The translations under genes were made by a program, and so were the position numbers. Of a DNA stretch of 60,593 bases, positions 28,788-37,317 are shown one piece after another (positions within the stretch are counted from its first letter, which is position 1; each line of letters starts with the position of its first letter). This DNA is from an uncultured Prevotellaceae bacterium (GTDB taxonomy: Bacteria; Bacteroidota; Bacteroidia; Bacteroidales; UBA3663), in contig CAZGZL010000001.1 of assembly GCA_964530595.1 (NCBI GenBank), forward strand, positions 1 to 60,593, in the 5' to 3' direction. Under the pieces are notes generated by a model that was not told the DNA's origin, searched no databases, and saw only the letters and a list, made by a program, of their open reading frames with translations.

Positions 28788-30539
28788 ATGAAAAAGCAAT
28801 TATATAAGACATTCGCATTTGTTCTGATGACTACTGGCTCGTTGACTGCTTGTATCGACGAGACGTTGCCGGAATCAGGCTATTTGGCTTACGAACAGAT
28901 TGAAGGTTTGACGTCTACGCAAGCCGGCTACGCTCGCGCCATTGCCGGTTATCTCGGACAGCCAGAATCTTGCTACGACACAGAATATGACATCGGCTAT
29001 CCCGGTCTCGGTCTGATTCGTGACCTTTATTGCGAAGACTTGAGCACTAATTCTCTTGGCTACGAGTATTTCTACTATTGGGCTGCCAATAGCTACCTCG
29101 GCTCTGATTATCCGACCGCATTCCTACCGTGGAAGTATTATTATAAGTGGATCGCCAACACGTCGAATATTTTGCGCGGAACGGAGAACGATGACAACAA
29201 AGCATACTTTGGTATCGCACATTTCTACCGTGCATGGGCTTATTTCGATTTAGCACGTCTGTATGAGTATCGTAACACCGGCATTGCTTCTCTCGATCAG
29301 GCAGCCGCTGCCAACGGTATCTATGGGTTGACGGTGCCGATTCTTTCGGATGAACCGACCGACGCGGAGGCTTTCAATACCCCGCGTGTGAAATATTACA
29401 CGATGTATCGCTTCCTACTCGACGAATTAGAGGCAGCGGAGCGGGAATTGGCTGACTACACTCGTTCAGCTAAAAATATGCCGAACATTGCCGTAGTCTA
29501 TGGTTTGAAGGCGCGTGTCTATTTGGAAATGGCAACTCGCTACGAATTTGCTCCTGAAGACTTGACCGAGACGCTTCAGTCCGGCGTCGATTTGGGTTTC
29601 ACTACCCAAGAGGAGGCGTATGCTTTGGCAGCCGAATATGCACGCAAAGCCATCAACGAGAGCGGTGCTACGCCGCTCAGCGAGTCTGAATGGTATGGTG
29701 GCAGCAATTACACCGATGGCTTCAACAACGTCAACACCAACGCTTGGATGTTGGGTATCATCATCAACAAGGAGCTCTTGAGTGCCTCCTCATGGCGTAA
29801 CTTTATCGGGTACATTTCTCCCGAACAATGCTTTGGTGTAGCGGGCATTTCCTACAACGAAGACGCTAAAAAATACGTCAACACGTACGGAGCGCAGCGT
29901 TTGATCAGCACCCGACTCTATGACAAGATCAGTGACAAAGACTGGCGTAAACAGACGTGGATCGCTCCTGAAGACGCGGGTTTGGCGCCCGGCACGAAAT
30001 ATAAGACGATTGCCGACGATGATCACTTTGTCCAGATTCCTGCCTACAGCGGATTGAAATTCCGCCCCAAGGAGGGCAATAAGACCGACTTCAGTGTCGG
30101 CGCAGCAGCAGACTATCCGTTGATGCGTGTCGAGGAGATGTACTTCATCGAAGCCGAAGCTAAGGCGGGCAGTGAAGGCGTCGAGGCGGGTATGGCTGTC
30201 CTTTCGAGCTTCTTGAACACGTATCGTTATCGTGACAACGGCTACACGACTACCGCTTCGAATATCGAGCAATTCCGTGAGGAGTTGATGGTTCAGAAAC
30301 GTATCGAGTTCTGGGGCGAGGGTTTGATATTCTGGGACTACAAGCGTCTCTTGATGAACGTGACGCGCGGCTATAGTGGTACTAATTTCCCCACATACTA
30401 CCGTTTGAACTCGGTTGTTGGATATTATGTAGCGCCGTGGTTCAATGCCTTCATCCCGCAAAGCGAGTATGAGAAAAACTCTGCGATGTTGCCCAATCCC
30501 GATCCGTCGGCTACCATTTCTGCATGGGAAGAGAATTGA
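28788..30539 (+). CDS. SusD/RagB-family nutrient-binding outer-membrane lipoprotein
   Basis: Lipobox LTAC followed by IDETL. It has TPR-like helical SusD hallmarks (AHFYRAWAYFDLARLY; GLKARVYLEM; RVEEMYFIEAEA; QKRIEFWGEGLIFWDYKR) and starts 17 nt after susC. Confidence 0.95.
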   Translation: MKKQLYKTFAFVLMTTGSLTACIDETLPESGYLAYEQIEGLTSTQAGYARAIAGYLGQPESCYDTEYDIGYPGLGLIRDLYCEDLSTNSLGYEYFYYWAANSYLGSDYPTAFLPWKYYYKWIANTSNILRGTENDDNKAYFGIAHFYRAWAYFDLARLYEYRNTGIASLDQAAAANGIYGLTVPILSDEPTDAEAFNTPRVKYYTMYRFLLDELEAAERELADYTRSAKNMPNIAVVYGLKARVYLEMATRYEFAPEDLTETLQSGVDLGFTTQEEAYALAAEYARKAINESGATPLSESEWYGGSNYTDGFNNVNTNAWMLGIIINKELLSASSWRNFIGYISPEQCFGVAGISYNEDAKKYVNTYGAQRLISTRLYDKISDKDWRKQTWIAPEDAGLAPGTKYKTIADDDHFVQIPAYSGLKFRPKEGNKTDFSVGAAADYPLMRVEEMYFIEAEAKAGSEGVEAGMAVLSSFLNTYRYRDNGYTTTASNIEQFREELMVQKRIEFWGEGLIFWDYKRLLMNVTRGYSGTNFPTYYRLNSVVGYYVAPWFNAFIPQSEYEKNSAMLPNPDPSATISAWEEN

Positions 30540-30588
30540 TCACATCGTCTTCGTTCAAACACATTATTATAATACATAAAAGAAAGTT

Positions 30589-31503
30589 ATGAAAACAAGA
30601 GATATGATTTGGGGGCTTGGCGGCGTGTTGGGCGCGTGCTTGCTCTGCACCGCCTGCGATGATGACGACAACGCATGGCAACCCGGCCCGGTGGTCGGTG
30701 ACGGTCATCAGAACATCGTCTATTTCGTGGGTTCTGCCCCTTCGACCACTGAATTGAGAACAGATGTTACGACAGACTATGCCATCACAGTGGCTCGTAT
30801 GGATTCCACAGAGGCGATCTCTGTGCCTCTCGTCGCACAAGGTAGCGATGCTTTCGAAGTCCCGGAGACCATCGAATTTCCCGCAGGCGTAGGGACGACA
30901 CAGTTCAACGTCCACTTCAAAGGAGCCCCCAAAAGTGGTACCTTCAGCTTGGCGTTGAGCATCGAAGACATTCGTTATAACAATCCCTACACTTCCCTCA
31001 CGACACAGCTCGAATTTTCGCAGGATGTAGCCAAATGGGTGCTTGTCGCCTCTAACGTACGCTTCTCGGAATACTATGGACAGATGGCCTCTTTCGAATG
31101 CGATCTCTATCAGCGCGAGGGAGAAAACATCTATCGTTTTGTTGACTTCGGTGAGGGTTATGATCTCACATTCGTGGCAGATTCGATTCCAGCTACCGAC
31201 GAGAATGCATATTTCGGTAATTACATTCATCCGACGGGTGGTTACACCGGATCTTTCTATGGAAGCGATGCATGGTACTTTGCCTCAGAACCGGACGCTG
31301 CGTATAATATAAAGTTGCGCAATGCCGAAGGTCGCTCCATTGACTATTCTGTTTTGTATCTGAATACCTCGTACACAACCATTAGTTTCGATACTAAATC
31401 CGGTTGGATCAATGGCTATTTCTATCAGTACGATGCAGATTATGTTTTCGAGACCTCTTATTATGCTTTCCTTTATTTCGAATGGGATGACCCTGCAGAG
31501 TAA
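30589..31503 (+). CDS. surface lipoprotein of unknown function (N-terminal Ig-like region plus aromatic-rich C-terminal domain, copy A)
   Basis: Signal peptide with LCTAC followed by DDDDN (acidic surface-export-like signal). The C-terminal ~155 aa is paralogous to ORF 33749-34354. I recognise no named family. Confidence 0.75.
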   Translation: MKTRDMIWGLGGVLGACLLCTACDDDDNAWQPGPVVGDGHQNIVYFVGSAPSTTELRTDVTTDYAITVARMDSTEAISVPLVAQGSDAFEVPETIEFPAGVGTTQFNVHFKGAPKSGTFSLALSIEDIRYNNPYTSLTTQLEFSQDVAKWVLVASNVRFSEYYGQMASFECDLYQREGENIYRFVDFGEGYDLTFVADSIPATDENAYFGNYIHPTGGYTGSFYGSDAWYFASEPDAAYNIKLRNAEGRSIDYSVLYLNTSYTTISFDTKSGWINGYFYQYDADYVFETSYYAFLYFEWDDPAE

Positions 31504-31528
31504 TAGCAAATCATGAATTAAAGTAACT

Positions 31529-33061
31529 ATGGAAAGAATATCAAACATTCGCACCTACGCTGCCGTCGGATTCATGGCGGTCTCAGCGTTGACACTCTGC
31601 ACGGCGTGTGACAATGACGATGATGTTGTCAAGGAGCAATTAGCCTCGCCGGAGATCACATTGGTCGATTCCACCGCCACAAGTCTGACTTTCTCGTGGA
31701 GCTCGGTAGATCTGGCATACCAATACGAATATGAACTTCGTGATAGTCGCGAGGTGCTGGTCGAAGGCAATTTGACTGACAAAAACAGCGTAACGATCGA
31801 GGGATTGAACCCTGAAACCGAATATACACTCAGTGTGGTAGCTTACGCACAAGATGTTCGTTACTACTTAGCTTCGGAGGCTGCTACCCTCAGTGCCAAG
31901 ACCGATGTCGCACCGATTGTCGCTTCCGAACTCTGGCGTGCCGAAGGAACCTTCACGAGTACCGATCTCGGTGACTCTTGGACGGCTACCCTCGTGGCAT
32001 ACGACGACAATCACTACGAATTGCTCTCTTGGTACGGCGTAGAAGGTTACAACTTACAATTCTACGTGACGGCAGACGGTGGGCTCGATTTGTCGAATTA
32101 CGAGAGCTCTTACGGCTACTATTACGTTCCCACGGGACGTAGCGATTACGAGCAAGCCGCACTCTACGTCGCTGACGGCTACTCCGGCTTTAGCGGTGAC
32201 GAGACGAAGGGAAATATCTATGTTTGGGATTACCTCGCAGCCGGTGGTTATGATCAGTTTACGTGGGGCACCACCAACGAACCTGAAACGCCCGGTGATA
32301 CCGATCGTACAGCCCTCTGGAGTGCTGATGGAACGTACACTTGTGCCGTTTTAGCCACGTCTTGGAAGGCTACACTCACTGCTTACAGCGACGGCAGCTA
32401 CACCCTCGCATCGTGGTTCGGCGTAGAAGGTTATGACTTCACTTTCTCCCTGACTGCCGATTCTGTATTGACCGCCAACTATTCGTTGGACGAGTTCCAA
32501 TATTATTGTGTGCCAACCGGTCGTACCGATTATCCGACAGCTTATCTCTACTTCGAGAACCAGTGCTCACGTTTTACAGGCGATGCAACGCAGGGCGTGT
32601 TCTTCCTCTATGACTATCTGACACAAGGAGGCTACGACACGTTTACTTGGAGTGCTTCGGCATCCTCGAACACCTCTTCATTGACTTTAGCCTCCCTTGT
32701 AGGTAGCTATTCAGAGCATACCACCGGCTATTGGAACGCCACATGCGACTATACGTGCGACGTAACCCTCGCCATCGAAGACGAAGCTACGCAGAGCGTT
32801 AGCCTCAACGGATTCTCCGGTTCAGCCACACCGTTGGTTGGTACAGTCGATTTGGAGGCACGCACCATCACCTTCGCGCCGAATCAGGATTTTGCCTCTT
32901 ACTATCTCTTCTCAGCTGAAGCAGATCAGTACACCTCTGTTATCGCCACGATTGCAGATGACGGCACCATCACGCTCAAAGATTGGGGCGCTTGGTATCC
33001 TTGGCAGGGCGTTTACTACACGTATGCCTATGGCATGGTTTCTGTCTTGACAAAACAATGA
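31529..33061 (+). CDS. surface lipoprotein of unknown function (FN3-like domain plus two tandem aromatic-rich repeats plus a third related domain)
   Basis: LCTAC followed by DNDDD. The FN3-like segment is PEITLVDSTATSLTFSWSSV...YEYEL...GLNPETEYTLSVVAY (aa ~40-125). Tandem ~113-aa repeats occupy aa 134-247 and 262-374. Confidence 0.75.
   Translation: MERISNIRTYAAVGFMAVSALTLCTACDNDDDVVKEQLASPEITLVDSTATSLTFSWSSVDLAYQYEYELRDSREVLVEGNLTDKNSVTIEGLNPETEYTLSVVAYAQDVRYYLASEAATLSAKTDVAPIVASELWRAEGTFTSTDLGDSWTATLVAYDDNHYELLSWYGVEGYNLQFYVTADGGLDLSNYESSYGYYYVPTGRSDYEQAALYVADGYSGFSGDETKGNIYVWDYLAAGGYDQFTWGTTNEPETPGDTDRTALWSADGTYTCAVLATSWKATLTAYSDGSYTLASWFGVEGYDFTFSLTADSVLTANYSLDEFQYYCVPTGRTDYPTAYLYFENQCSRFTGDATQGVFFLYDYLTQGGYDTFTWSASASSNTSSLTLASLVGSYSEHTTGYWNATCDYTCDVTLAIEDEATQSVSLNGFSGSATPLVGTVDLEARTITFAPNQDFASYYLFSAEADQYTSVIATIADDGTITLKDWGAWYPWQGVYYTYAYGMVSVLTKQ
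31928..32650 (+). repeat. intragenic tandem duplication encoding two ~113-aa domain copies
   Basis: Copy 1 (31928-32269) reads ELWRAEGTFTSTDLGDSWTATLVAYDDNHYELLSWYGVEGYNLQFYVTADG...YYYVPTGRSDYEQAALY...FSGDETKGNIYVWDYLAAGGYDQFTWG. Copy 2 (32312-32650) reads ALWSADGTYTCAVLATSWKATLTAYSDGSYTLASWFGVEGYDFTFSLTAD...YYCVPTGRTDYPTAYLY...FTGDATQGVFFLYDYLTQGGYDTFTW. Confidence 0.85.
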
Positions 33062-33068
33062 GAAAAAT

Positions 33069-33102
33069 TGAGTGAATGGTCTCCGATGAGATCATTCACT
33101 CA
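33069..33102 (+). terminator. rho-independent terminator ending the susC-susD-lipoprotein operon
   Basis: A 15-bp stem (TGAGTGAATGGTCTC / GAGATCATTCACTCA, one G-T pair) with loop CGAT is followed by TCCCTTTT. It begins 8 nt after the stop at 33061. Confidence 0.75.
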
Positions 33103-33257
33103 TCCCTTTTCGCCATAAAACACCCCTTTTCGCCTAACTATTATAACCACACCTTATAGAACTATTGAGATCCTAACTCTTGACTGAAAAAAGAAACATT
33201 TGTTGCTTCTGATTCGATCATTCTATATAAGTTTAACTCCTTAATATTACAGTAAAA

Positions 33258-33752
33258 ATGAGCAAGAAAATTCCGATTTTTTTGACCGCTCTACTCTTGT
33301 TGCTGTCGCCTGCACATCGGGCAGTTGCCGACACGGTAGAGAATCAGGTCTTGGTCGAATTTGCTTCGGGTGAAGTCATTACCTTCGCCATCGAACAAGC
33401 GCCCAAGATCACCTACACGGAACAAGACGTTACCGTGACGTATGCTGGGGACACCCTCACGTATGCGATGTCCGCCATCAAAAAACTCACCTTAGGTGAT
33501 GCTTCCGCCTCCGGTATCGAAGGCATTGTCTCGTCCCGTCCTTTGGGTACGATCACGTGTACCGATGGTGCCTTCCACTTCGCCGGATTCCCGCAAGGCA
33601 GTCTGGTGCGCCTTTTCAACCTGAACGGGCAGCTCGTACAGAGCTACACGCTCAACGGCGAGGAAACCAACGACGCCTCCATTTCGGCATTGTCTGCCGG
33701 CACTTATGTTTTAACAGTCAAGGGTATTACTTATAAATTCAACAAACGATGA
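33258..33752 (+). CDS. small secreted protein with T9SS type-A C-terminal sorting domain
   Basis: 164 aa: signal peptide, a ~75-aa N-terminal module and a CTD-like tail (GAFHFAGFPQGSLVRLFNLNGQLVQSYTLNGEE...LSAGTYVLTVKGITYKFNKR). Its stop overlaps the next start (ATGA at 33749-33752). Confidence 0.75.
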   Translation: MSKKIPIFLTALLLLLSPAHRAVADTVENQVLVEFASGEVITFAIEQAPKITYTEQDVTVTYAGDTLTYAMSAIKKLTLGDASASGIEGIVSSRPLGTITCTDGAFHFAGFPQGSLVRLFNLNGQLVQSYTLNGEETNDASISALSAGTYVLTVKGITYKFNKR

Positions 33753-34354
33753 AAAAAATATTTTCTGTATTGGCAGCTTGCCTGCTGACCATTGCCGCCT
33801 CCGCTCAAACCATGAACGTACACCTCAAAGACGGTAGCACAGTCTCTTATACCTCCACAGACGTTGATTACGTCGACTTCACTGCTGCCGATCCTACGGC
33901 ATTGGGTGCAGAGTGGAAATTGATCGCTTCCGATGTGCAGTTCACCGAGTATTATAATAGCCTTCCGGGCTTTACAGCCGACCTCTATTGTAACGCCGAT
34001 AGCACAGAATATTGCTTCCGTAACTTCGCTACGGGCTACAACCTCTACTTCACCGTGACTCCCGTCGAGGGCACTAACAGCTATTTAGGAAATTATATCT
34101 ATCCCGTAGGTGGCTCAACTTATGGAGACTATTCCTATTTCGGTCCAGATACGTGGAATAGTAGCTTCCCGCTGTATTGGCAGAATTGGGAGGGGCATTA
34201 TGCAGACGGTTCTGCTGTCTATACCAACACCACTTATACGACCATCAATTTCGATGATAAGTACGGTTGGTTGTGTCTCTATATACAATCTTATACAGAT
34301 GCCGGCGAATACGAGAAAGAGATTTGGGCTTATCTGCAATTTAGCTGGAAATAA
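33749..34354 (+). CDS. secreted protein of unknown function (aromatic-rich domain, copy B; paralog of the C-terminus of 30589-31503)
   Basis: 201 aa with a signal peptide (cleavage likely after ASA). Residues ~45-201 align along their whole length with copy A. Examples: EWKLIASDVQFTEYY vs KWVLVASNVRFSEYY; GNYIYPVGG vs GNYIHPTGG; YTNTTYTTINFDDKYGW vs YLNTSYTTISFDTKSGW. Confidence 0.75.
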   Translation: MKKIFSVLAACLLTIAASAQTMNVHLKDGSTVSYTSTDVDYVDFTAADPTALGAEWKLIASDVQFTEYYNSLPGFTADLYCNADSTEYCFRNFATGYNLYFTVTPVEGTNSYLGNYIYPVGGSTYGDYSYFGPDTWNSSFPLYWQNWEGHYADGSAVYTNTTYTTINFDDKYGWLCLYIQSYTDAGEYEKEIWAYLQFSWK

Positions 34355-34377
34355 TTGCGATTATCGCTTAAATAACA

Positions 34378-34418
34378 ATCACGGCTCGACTGCGAAACGT
34401 TTGCAGTCGAGCCGTGAT
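34378..34418. terminator. bidirectional terminator between convergent genes
   Basis: A perfect 16-bp stem (ATCACGGCTCGACTGC / GCAGTCGAGCCGTGAT) is followed by CTTTTTGTG on the plus strand and a T-rich stretch on the minus strand. It lies between the stops at 34354 and 34444. Confidence 0.75.
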
Positions 34419-34443
34419 CTTTTTGTGTCGATAGCGAAGCCTT

Positions 34444-36891
34444 TTATTGCACCACCACTTTGCGGCGATCAATGATGTAAATGCCGCGTGGCAACTGATA
34501 GCCTACGGGGGTATTCTGACGCTGCTGAACGCCGATCAGTCGTCCGGTCAGATCGTAGATTTCTACCTGATCCGAAGCATGGTCGATGCGAACATCCTCG
34601 ATGCCGGTAGCGGCAAGCACATTGACAGCTACTCGGTTTTGTACGCCTGCATTTATCGACGGCATTGCGTAGTTACCGCTCTTCAGATAAGAGACCTTGC
34701 CGTAGTATGTGGTCTGTGCATTCAGATTCTGCAATGTACCGGAGATGTAGATCGTATCGGTCGCTCCGGCAGCCACCTCGCATTCCTGTTCGAAGGTCAA
34801 CAACGCTGTTTGTGCCGTCGTCGTGCGGAAGAACTGAACACGGAATGTGCCGACATATCTGTCGCCGGTATTCTTCACCACGGCGGCAATGGTCAATTCC
34901 GTACCCAATTCGCGTGTAGATTCAGAAGTGATCCACGGCGTGCTCAAAAGCGTGAATGCAGCATTGGTGGTCAGATCTTCCTGCACCTCGAAGGTGGTGC
35001 GGCTGGTAGCGATCGTTACCATTGATGTGCTGACGTTCTGATGAGCATATTGCAAACTTGCGCCCCATGTTCCCGACATACTCAATGTGCAGTCGAAGGA
35101 GAGCTGCTTGGTCTCGCCCGCCTTCAGCGTTGTGGGAAGGCTCTGCGTGATCTTCTCGCTCACCTCGTCCGGATTGGTCAGTGCGAGGGCAAAGCTACCT
35201 ACCACCGTTTCTGTGCCGGTGTTGGTTACATCCACGGTGATTGTCGTGGCGGTATTAGCGCTCACTGTATTGTTCTCGAAGCTCCAGTTGGCTGCTGTCA
35301 GCGGCTGATCGGTGCTCTTGCTGATGGTAACGCTTGTGCCGCTCACCGTCATATCCAAATAGCTATGTGCCGAAGCCGTATAACGCAACGTCGCAATGCT
35401 GTCGTTGTCCGATGGGTGATAATAAGTATAAATACGATAGGAGCCTTCTGCCAAATCGGAGGGCAGGGTGATCTGCCCACTGATGTTCGAGCCAATGATG
35501 CTTGTTCCCGATGCAGCAATGGTCAGCGTACCCAACGGACACAATATGCGGTTGGCGTCGTCGGCTGGGTTCTGAGTCTCGGAATCGGTTGGCACAATCA
35601 TAGCGCCTACAGCACCGTTCACGGCGAACGGAGAGTAATTAAACAAGCTCTTCAATACCAAATTGACGCGACCGCCTAAAGTGGTCTTCTTGGTCGAGCT
35701 GGTGATGCTCTCGCCGGCAATGGGGGCGAAGTAGCGACCGTAATGCTGTTGCGGCGTTAGCTGCAACACGGCAGACTGTTCCGAACTGTAGCCGTTGGAT
35801 GCTGTCGCACCTGTGCCAACTCCCAACGGATTGAGAATGCAGACATCATAGTAGCCATTATATTGTCCCGACCAGCCCCAGTTGACGTGATAATAGCCTT
35901 CACTGCTATAGCCGTCCAAAATGAAAGCGTGTCCACCTGTCGAGGCAAGACCGGAGTAGAGGATCGGGCGATTCTCTTGGAGCTCGTTATAGAGCAGCGC
36001 GTTCCACTCATCGTAGCTATAGTAGCTGCGATACTGGAGCGTTGTCAGCTCATTGTAGCCGAAGTAGTCGATCAGCGCCTTCAGATAATAAGGAGCCGTC
36101 GAACCACTCTGATCAGCCGCATACGACATATTTAGTGCCACGCCGCAATGAAAACTCAGCTTAGCTACCTCATCGCGTTGTGCTTGGGTCTCGGAGCCGG
36201 TATATTGTTCCAACATCAGATCCCAATCGTAGGTCTGGTCGGCGAAGTTGACGCTGACGGTATTTCCGGCGGTGGTATAAGAATTGATGCCTTGACCGTG
36301 TTCCGGGTACTTGTGGTGGCGCATCACCTGTGCCAATGCTGTTGCCATGCAGCCCGTAGGATATTGATTGGGGCAACGGTTGCTGTACGGATCATTTTGA
36401 TCCCACTGAATATTATTCAGCGGCGCGATGGGGGCGTAGGAGGGCGCTTCAGCCGACAGTGCCGCTTCGGGGTGTGCCTCCACGTAGGTCACAGATTCAG
36501 CCAAGTGGGTCAGCCAGCTTTCCAAGTTGTCCGGTAGTGCCTCGTCCGAGAAAGTCTGGTCGTCGGAATAACCCAAGATCGGGCGCATCAAATCTGTGCC
36601 TGAGACGATGACGAAACCGCCCTCCTCACGATTGAAGATATAATACGGAGCGTCCGCCGTCGCGCGGGTTTCGCCCATCAGCCGACTGAGACGAACACTG
36701 TGAAATGGGGTGAGGCGGAATGCAGCGGCGCGTTGCTCCTTGCGTGACAAGAAGTTTTGTGCCAAGGTCTCAGCCTCGGAGGCACTGCGGGGCAGCGCTT
36801 CGGCGGTAGTGGCCATGCTGCCACCCACCAAGAGGAGTCCCAAGAGGTGCGTGCGGTGTTCCCGTAGAAATGTGTAGACGTTGTTTAGCAT
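34444..36891 (-). CDS. C10-family (streptopain/PrtT-like) cysteine peptidase with propeptide, Ig-like repeats and T9SS C-terminal domain
   Basis: Propeptide/inhibitor-like N-terminus (SEAETLAQNFLSRK...PYYIFNREEGGFVIVSGTDLMRPILGYSD). The catalytic Cys is in the context QYPTGCMATALAQVMRHHKYP and the catalytic His in STGGHAFILDGY, followed by NWGWSGQYNGYY. The C-terminal sorting domain reads VEIYDLTGRLIGVQ...LPRGIYIIDRRKVVVQ. I prefer the ATG at 36891 because the track start at 36918 (TTG) lies inside the promoter box. Confidence 0.88.
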   Translation of the reverse strand: MLNNVYTFLREHRTHLLGLLLVGGSMATTAEALPRSASEAETLAQNFLSRKEQRAAAFRLTPFHSVRLSRLMGETRATADAPYYIFNREEGGFVIVSGTDLMRPILGYSDDQTFSDEALPDNLESWLTHLAESVTYVEAHPEAALSAEAPSYAPIAPLNNIQWDQNDPYSNRCPNQYPTGCMATALAQVMRHHKYPEHGQGINSYTTAGNTVSVNFADQTYDWDLMLEQYTGSETQAQRDEVAKLSFHCGVALNMSYAADQSGSTAPYYLKALIDYFGYNELTTLQYRSYYSYDEWNALLYNELQENRPILYSGLASTGGHAFILDGYSSEGYYHVNWGWSGQYNGYYDVCILNPLGVGTGATASNGYSSEQSAVLQLTPQQHYGRYFAPIAGESITSSTKKTTLGGRVNLVLKSLFNYSPFAVNGAVGAMIVPTDSETQNPADDANRILCPLGTLTIAASGTSIIGSNISGQITLPSDLAEGSYRIYTYYHPSDNDSIATLRYTASAHSYLDMTVSGTSVTISKSTDQPLTAANWSFENNTVSANTATTITVDVTNTGTETVVGSFALALTNPDEVSEKITQSLPTTLKAGETKQLSFDCTLSMSGTWGASLQYAHQNVSTSMVTIATSRTTFEVQEDLTTNAAFTLLSTPWITSESTRELGTELTIAAVVKNTGDRYVGTFRVQFFRTTTAQTALLTFEQECEVAAGATDTIYISGTLQNLNAQTTYYGKVSYLKSGNYAMPSINAGVQNRVAVNVLAATGIEDVRIDHASDQVEIYDLTGRLIGVQQRQNTPVGYQLPRGIYIIDRRKVVVQ

Positions 36892-36915
36892 ATACAAATT
36901 TGTAGATAGTTTGCG

Positions 36916-36923
36916 CAAATATA
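36916..36923 (-). promoter_or_regulatory. candidate -7 box for the C10 peptidase gene (TATATTTG on minus strand)
   Basis: CAAATATA on the plus strand lies 25 nt upstream of the ATG at 36891. The extended match TATATTTGCGC is shared with the promoters at 39621 and 39726. Confidence 0.4.
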
Positions 36924-37202
36924 CTCACTTTACACCAATTATTATGCACCTCAAGTCGTTTTGCCGAAACTTTGCATCGGGATAGGGCTAAATAGTGCAT
37001 AGAGAAGGAGTTCCGCGTAGAAATTTGTCAGCCGAATCGTTTTTCATCTTCTCCCTTTTGTGTGGCGCATTGCTCACGCTCATGATGATATCTATTCCTC
37101 GCAAACCTCACTCTCGTTGTCTCTTTACGCTCATTCCGCGGCGAAATGCGAACTTCGTGCGCTCCGTGTGGCTCTACTTCGTTGCAACGCTAAGGGAAAT
37201 AA

Positions 37203-37248
37203 AAACAGCAAGGCAAACTGCTCGAATAGCTCGTTTGCCTTGCTGTTT
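37203..37248 (-). terminator. rho-independent terminator of pnp
   Basis: A perfect 16-bp stem (AAACAGCAAGGCAAAC / GTTTGCCTTGCTGTTT) lies 70 nt after the pnp stop. On the minus strand it is followed by TTTTTATTT. Confidence 0.8.
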
Positions 37249-37317
37249 ATTTGAGTGCGAGGATTGAGTTGGATCAATCCTCACACATTATATTTATTGC
37301 GTAGTGCAATGCCGTTA

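Noticed and set aside
33104-33134. An 11-nt direct repeat, CCCTTTTCGCC, occurring twice 20 nt apart just after terminator 33069-33102.
   Set aside because: It is too short to distinguish from chance or from the terminator U-tract region, and no flanking inverted repeats or recombinase gene suggest a site.
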